Assembly: GCA_965117015.1 (NCBI GenBank)
Contig: OZ220747.1
Span: 457,812-521,811, forward strand
Direction of reading: 5' to 3'
Source: Acidimicrobiales bacterium
GTDB taxonomy: Bacteria > Actinomycetota > Acidimicrobiia > Acidimicrobiales > Aldehydirespiratoraceae
DNA length: 64,000 bases
Shown: positions 59,700 through 64,000 of the stretch, piece by piece
How positions within the stretch are numbered: position 1 is the stretch's first letter
How the letters are laid out: each line of letters starts with the position of its first letter
Made by a program: the position numbers and the translations under genes
The notes under the pieces: generated by a model
The model's input: only the letters and a program-made list of their open reading frames with translations
Told to the model about the DNA's origin: nothing
The model's database searches: none

Positions 59700-61337
59700 A
59701 TGACTCTGTCAGCCGCCGAGGGGCCGACCTCGGTGCCGTTGCTGGAGGAGACGATCCCGCAGAATCTGGCCCGAACCGCTGCCGAGCACGGTGGGCGCGA
59801 TGCGCTGGTGTCGGTGGAGCAGGGTCTGCGTTACACCTACACCGAGTTCGCCGGCGAGGTCGACCGGGTGGCCCGGGGGCTAATGGGGCTCGGTGTGGCC
59901 AAGGGCGACCGCGTCGGGATCTGGAGCCCGAACTACGCCGAGTGGGTGCTGGTGCAGTACGCCACGGCCCGCATCGGCGCCATCCTGGTGACCATCAACC
60001 CGGCCTACCGGTCGTCGGAACTCGAGTATGTGCTGAACCAGTCACAGATCTCCGTGCTGGTGGCGGTGGAGTCGTTCCTGACCAGCGACTACCGCTCGAT
60101 GATCACCGAGGTGTGGGACCGGGTGCCGGCCGAGCGGGTCGTCTACCTGCACACTTCGGATTGGGACACGCTGCTGGAGGCAGCCGGGACGGTCTCGGCG
60201 GGCCAGCTGGAGGAGCGCAGCGCGCAACTCGAGCCCGACGACGCCATCAACATCCAGTACACCAGCGGCACCACCGGCTTCCCCAAGGGCGCCACGCTGA
60301 GCCACCGCAACATCTTGAACAACGGTCTGTTCATCGGCGAGGCCTGCCAGTACACCGCCGAGGACCGGGTGTGCATCCCGGTGCCGTTCTATCACTGCTT
60401 CGGGATGGTGCTGGGCAACCTGGCCTGCACCACCCACGGCGCCGCCATGGTGATCCCCGCCGCCGGATTCGACGCCGGTGCAACCCTCAAGGCCGTCGCC
60501 ACCGAGCGCTGCACGAGCCTGTACGGGGTGCCGACGATGTTCATCGCCGAGCTCGGAGAGCCCGATCTGGCCGACTACGACCTGTCGTCGCTGCGAACCG
60601 GGATCATGGCCGGCTCGCCGTGCCCCATTGAGGTGATGCGCCAGGTGGTGGATCAGATGAACATGAGCGAGGTCACCATCGCCTACGGCATGACCGAGAC
60701 GTCGCCGGTGTCCACCCAGACGTCCGCCGACGACCCCTTGGAGAAGCGGGTGACCACGGTGGGGCGGGTCCATCCCCACGTCGAGATCCGCATCGTCGAC
60801 CCCGCCACCGGCGAGGTTGTGCCTCGCGGCACCAGCGGCGAGTTCCAGACCCGGGGCTACTCGGTGATGCTGGGCTACTGGAACGACCCCGAGCGCACTG
60901 CGGAGGCCATCGACGCCGACGGCTGGATGCACACCGGCGACCTCGCGGTCATGGACGGCGAGGGCTACGTGAACATCGTCGGGCGCATCAAGGACATGAT
61001 CATCCGCGGTGGCGAGAACGTCTATCCCCGCGAGGTCGAGGAGTTCCTCTACACCCACCCCGACATCGTGGACGTGCAGGTCATCGGCGTGCCCGACGTC
61101 CGCTACGGCGAGGAGGTCATGGCCTGGGTCCAGTTGCGCGACGGCGCCGGCACCACCGAGGACGACATCAAGGACTTCTGCCGCGGCACCATCGCCCACT
61201 ACAAGGTGCCCCGCTACATCAAGCTCACCGACACCTTCCCCATGACCATCACCGGCAAGGTCCAGAAATTCAAGATGCGCGAGCAGTCCATCGAAGAACT
61301 CGGCCTCGACGAGGCAGCCCGAGTAAGCAGCGCCTAG
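59700..61337 (+). CDS. AMP-binding acyl-CoA synthetase (fatty-acid--CoA ligase family)
   Basis: 545 aa. [51 protein letters not shown]. Confidence 0.9.
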   Translation: MTLSAAEGPTSVPLLEETIPQNLARTAAEHGGRDALVSVEQGLRYTYTEFAGEVDRVARGLMGLGVAKGDRVGIWSPNYAEWVLVQYATARIGAILVTINPAYRSSELEYVLNQSQISVLVAVESFLTSDYRSMITEVWDRVPAERVVYLHTSDWDTLLEAAGTVSAGQLEERSAQLEPDDAINIQYTSGTTGFPKGATLSHRNILNNGLFIGEACQYTAEDRVCIPVPFYHCFGMVLGNLACTTHGAAMVIPAAGFDAGATLKAVATERCTSLYGVPTMFIAELGEPDLADYDLSSLRTGIMAGSPCPIEVMRQVVDQMNMSEVTIAYGMTETSPVSTQTSADDPLEKRVTTVGRVHPHVEIRIVDPATGEVVPRGTSGEFQTRGYSVMLGYWNDPERTAEAIDADGWMHTGDLAVMDGEGYVNIVGRIKDMIIRGGENVYPREVEEFLYTHPDIVDVQVIGVPDVRYGEEVMAWVQLRDGAGTTEDDIKDFCRGTIAHYKVPRYIKLTDTFPMTITGKVQKFKMREQSIEELGLDEAARVSSA

Positions 61338-61349
61338 CGCAGGCTTGCG

Positions 61350-62948
61350 CTAGCCGACCGGTGATGGGACCGAACGGCGGGGGACGGTCACCTCGATCAC
61401 GGTGCCGCGGGGCGCGTCGGCTGAAACGGCTTTGATGGTGATCGAGCCGCCGAGGTCGTGAACCACGAAGGTGCGCACGATTGTGAGGCCGAGCCCGGCG
61501 TCGCGGTCCAGGGAGAAGCCCTCTCCAACGCCGGGACCGTCGTCGGTGACGCGCATGGTCAGCGTGCTGGCGGTGCGGGCCAGGCGCACCTCGACCAGCT
61601 CCCCCGCGCCCGCGGGAGGTGCGGCGTGCTGGAAGGCGTTCTGCACCAGCTCCACCAGCACCACCGCCAGCGGCATCGCCGTCTCGCCGTCGATCTCGCC
61701 CACAACCCCCTCCACCCGGATCTTGAGGGGCCGCTCCACCGGGGCGAGTCCATCCTCCACCAGGCGCACGAGCGGACCCACGATCTCATCGAAGTCGAGC
61801 TCGGAGGTGGTGTCGAGAGCCAGATGCTCATGCACCATGGCGATCGACGAGACCCGCCGCACAGAGGACTCGACGGCTGTCTTCGCCTCCGCGCTGCCGA
61901 GGCGGCGAGCCTGGAGCTGCAGCAGCGAACTCACCGTCTGCAGGTTGTTCTTGACCCGGTGGTGGATCTCGCGGATGGTCGCATCCTTGGACAGGAGCAG
62001 GCGGTCGTGATGACGCAACTCGGACACATCTCGGAGCATCGCCACCGCCCCGGAGATCCGGTCCTCGGCCACCATGGGGTAGGCCCGCAGCACGACCACG
62101 ATCATCGATCCGGCAGTGAACTCGGCCACGGTGGAACGCCGGCGCCAGAACGAGCGGCGTATCACCGTGTCGTCCAGTCCGAGGTCACCGAGACGGCTGC
62201 CCGGCACCGAGCGCGTCACGCCCAAGCGGTGCAGGGCGCTGCGGGCGTTGGGCGAGGCGTAGCTGATCCGGCCCTCCCGGTCCAGCACCAGCACTCCATC
62301 GCCGACACGGGGCTCGCGGAACTCGCCGACCCGCTCCATGCGCTCGTAGGGGAAGGCGCCCTCGGCGATCATCCGCGCGAAGCGGGTGTACAGACCGCGG
62401 TAGATGGTCTCCAGCGGGTTCTCGTGGCGGATGGGGGCCGGTGCCGCCTCGTGCGAGAGCACCGCCACCGGCGCATCGTCGCAACGTACGGGCACATAGT
62501 CCACGACGCGGCGGCGGTCGCGTAGCGGCAGGCTGTCGACCTCCTCCACAACCGTGTCATCGCCCACGACAGGCAAGGATCCGGCCTCTGCCACCTCCGC
62601 CTCGCCCGCCTCGCCGGTGTCCATCGCGGCATGCAGCCAGGCCAGGGCGGGCCCCTGAACGATGGTGCCCACGGGGTCGACCACATGAACGGTGGGCCCG
62701 GTGTTGGCCCGGGCGTGGGCCAGCACCACGAAGTCACCGTCGGCGCTGACGGTCTCGTTGGCGCCCAGATCTGAGGCGCCCGCCATCGTCGCCGGATCGA
62801 ATCCGGCGACGCAGGGGGCGTACAGCAGCAGATCCCCGAAGGAGAGGTCGGCCAGCGGCGCCCACGAGGCCACCAGCCGGTGCAGATGATCGATGGAGCG
62901 CTCGTCGAGCGCGGTGCCGGCCCGGGCCAACTCCGCGAGACCGACCAC
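61350..62948 (-). CDS. pdtaS: PdtaS-like GAF-PAS sensor histidine kinase (HisKA_2)
   Basis: 532 aa. REIHHRVKNNLQTVSSLLQLQARR H-box, C-terminal HATPase (DDGPGV, GLGLTIV). Confidence 0.8.
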   Translation of the reverse strand: MVGLAELARAGTALDERSIDHLHRLVASWAPLADLSFGDLLLYAPCVAGFDPATMAGASDLGANETVSADGDFVVLAHARANTGPTVHVVDPVGTIVQGPALAWLHAAMDTGEAGEAEVAEAGSLPVVGDDTVVEEVDSLPLRDRRRVVDYVPVRCDDAPVAVLSHEAAPAPIRHENPLETIYRGLYTRFARMIAEGAFPYERMERVGEFREPRVGDGVLVLDREGRISYASPNARSALHRLGVTRSVPGSRLGDLGLDDTVIRRSFWRRRSTVAEFTAGSMIVVVLRAYPMVAEDRISGAVAMLRDVSELRHHDRLLLSKDATIREIHHRVKNNLQTVSSLLQLQARRLGSAEAKTAVESSVRRVSSIAMVHEHLALDTTSELDFDEIVGPLVRLVEDGLAPVERPLKIRVEGVVGEIDGETAMPLAVVLVELVQNAFQHAAPPAGAGELVEVRLARTASTLTMRVTDDGPGVGEGFSLDRDAGLGLTIVRTFVVHDLGGSITIKAVSADAPRGTVIEVTVPRRSVPSPVG

Positions 62949-62972
62949 CGCCGCGGTCCTCCTCTCGGCCTC

Positions 62973-63200
62973 TCAGCCGAAGCCAATGGGGTGGGAGCCG
63001 GGCGGACCCATCTCGACATGGGTGACACGCGACGCGGAAACCGCAATCTCCCGGCCCTTGTCGTCGGTCAGCCACAGCACCGGGACCTCGCCCTTCAGCG
63101 CTGCCTCGACAGACGCCTTGATGTCCTCGCGGTCGGTGTCGTCGGGGAGGTTCACGGTGATGGGTTGGGGGTTGTCGGCGATGCCGATGCGAAGCTCCAC
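62973..63200 (-). CDS. DUF3107 family protein
   Basis: GTG 63200 is preceded by AAGGAGAGCAGA. VELRIGIADNPQPITVNLP...LWLTDDKGREIAVSASRVTHVEMG...IGFG. Confidence 0.75.
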   Translation of the reverse strand: MELRIGIADNPQPITVNLPDDTDREDIKASVEAALKGEVPVLWLTDDKGREIAVSASRVTHVEMGPPGSHPIGFG

Positions 63201-63211
63201 TCTGCTCTCCT

Positions 63212-64000
63212 TCAGACGATCTTCAACTCGGGGTGGGTTCGTTTGGTGGGGCCGTGGGCTTCGATCCACGACGCCATCGCCGCGAAGACCGACGACGCTT
63301 CAGAACCGGGATCCACCGCCATTATGGGTCGACCGTGATCGCTGCCCTCGCGCAGCGGGATGGTCATGGGAACCTGGCCTATGAGTTCCACGTCGAGCAC
63401 GCGGGCCAGCTCCGCGCCGCCGCCTGAGCCGAAGAGCTGGTAGCGCTTGCCGTCGTCGCCGGTGAACCACGACATGTTCTCGATCACACCTCGCACGGCG
63501 ATGTTCACCTTGGAGAACATGAACGCCGAGCGCTGGGCCACCCTCTGGGCCGCTGGGTTGGGGGTGGTCACCACATAGGCCTCGGCCCGGGGCAGGAACT
63601 GCGCCAGCGACAGCGATATGTCGCCGGTGCCGGGCGGGAGGTCAACCAGCAGGAAGTCGGGATCGTCCCAGAACACGTCGGTGAGGAACTGCTCGAGCGC
63701 CTTGTGCAGCATCGGGCCCCGCCAGATCACCGGCTGGTCCTCCTGGGCGAAGAAGCCCATCGAGATGCAGCGCACGCCGTGCACCTCCGGCGGAACGATC
63801 ATGTCGTCGATCACCACCGGCGCCCGGTCCACTCCCAGCATCCTCGGGATCGAGAAGCCCCACACATCGGCGTCCACGACGGCAGTGGAGTGGCCCTGCG
63901 CGGCCAGGGCGATGGCCAGGTTGGCGGTGACCGACGACTTGCCCACCCCGCCCTTGCCCGAGGCGATCAACAGCGTGCGGGTGGCATTGCCGGGCTCTGC
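63212..64000 (-). CDS. Mrp/ApbC-type Fe-S cluster carrier ATPase (5' end beyond the window)
   Basis: LIASGKGGVGKSSVTANLA deviant Walker A, CISMGFF. The frame stays open to 64000. Confidence 0.9.
   Translation of the reverse strand, partial: AEPGNATRTLLIASGKGGVGKSSVTANLAIALAAQGHSTAVVDADVWGFSIPRMLGVDRAPVVIDDMIVPPEVHGVRCISMGFFAQEDQPVIWRGPMLHKALEQFLTDVFWDDPDFLLVDLPPGTGDISLSLAQFLPRAEAYVVTTPNPAAQRVAQRSAFMFSKVNIAVRGVIENMSWFTGDDGKRYQLFGSGGGAELARVLDVELIGQVPMTIPLREGSDHGRPIMAVDPGSEASSVFAAMASWIEAHGPTKRTHPELKIV

Overview
High-GC, actinobacterial-type chromosomal segment. By gene content and synteny it may be Acidimicrobiia-like, but no taxon can be proven from this window. About 70 genes are tightly packed. 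Many long antisense or out-of-frame ORFs in the track are GC artefacts. Conserved housekeeping blocks lie on the minus strand. The first is argS(frameshifted)-lysA-hom-thrC-rho-rpmE2, followed by a complete F1Fo ATP synthase operon (atpZ/I-B-E-F-H-A-G-D-C, 37.4 to 29.6 kb). The second is prfA-prmC-tsaC-rpiB-glyA (8.8 to 4.3 kb), then murA, a NifU-like gene and a zinc-ribbon rhomboid protease at the left edge. Between these blocks (8.8-29.6 kb) lies accessory-looking content. It includes a sulfatase/TauD/F420-LLM cluster and a visibly lower-GC island (14.1-20.2 kb) carrying a McrBC type IV restriction system plus uncharacterised membrane/coiled-coil genes. It also includes PPK2, a split ICM-like B12 acyl-CoA mutase with MeaB, an odd three-gene acidic/J-domain cluster, and glpX. 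The right half holds tRNA-Arg(CCG), an FrhB-family gene, an Rv2466c-like DsbA-family gene, a secreted DUF1524 nuclease, the conserved actinobacterial phosphomutase/DUF3090/SCO1664 trio, etfBA, lipid genes, a PdtaS-like kinase, DUF3107 and a partial Mrp/ApbC. Most notable observations: (1) the Rv2466c-like reductase has an in-frame TGA exactly at the first Cys of its CPWC motif, followed by a SECIS-like hairpin, making it a candidate selenoprotein, or else an error or pseudogene; (2) the McrBC locus has a composite Mrr_N-plus-unknown reader module, an extra small gene between mcrB and mcrC, and three uncharacterised neighbours around an AT-rich, phased-repeat promoter region; (3) a secreted His-rich tandem-repeat peptide lies divergent from an N-lobe-less kinase-like gene across a very AT-rich spacer; (4) argS has a 1-nt frameshift. 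No rRNA, CRISPR array, transposase or integrase was seen.
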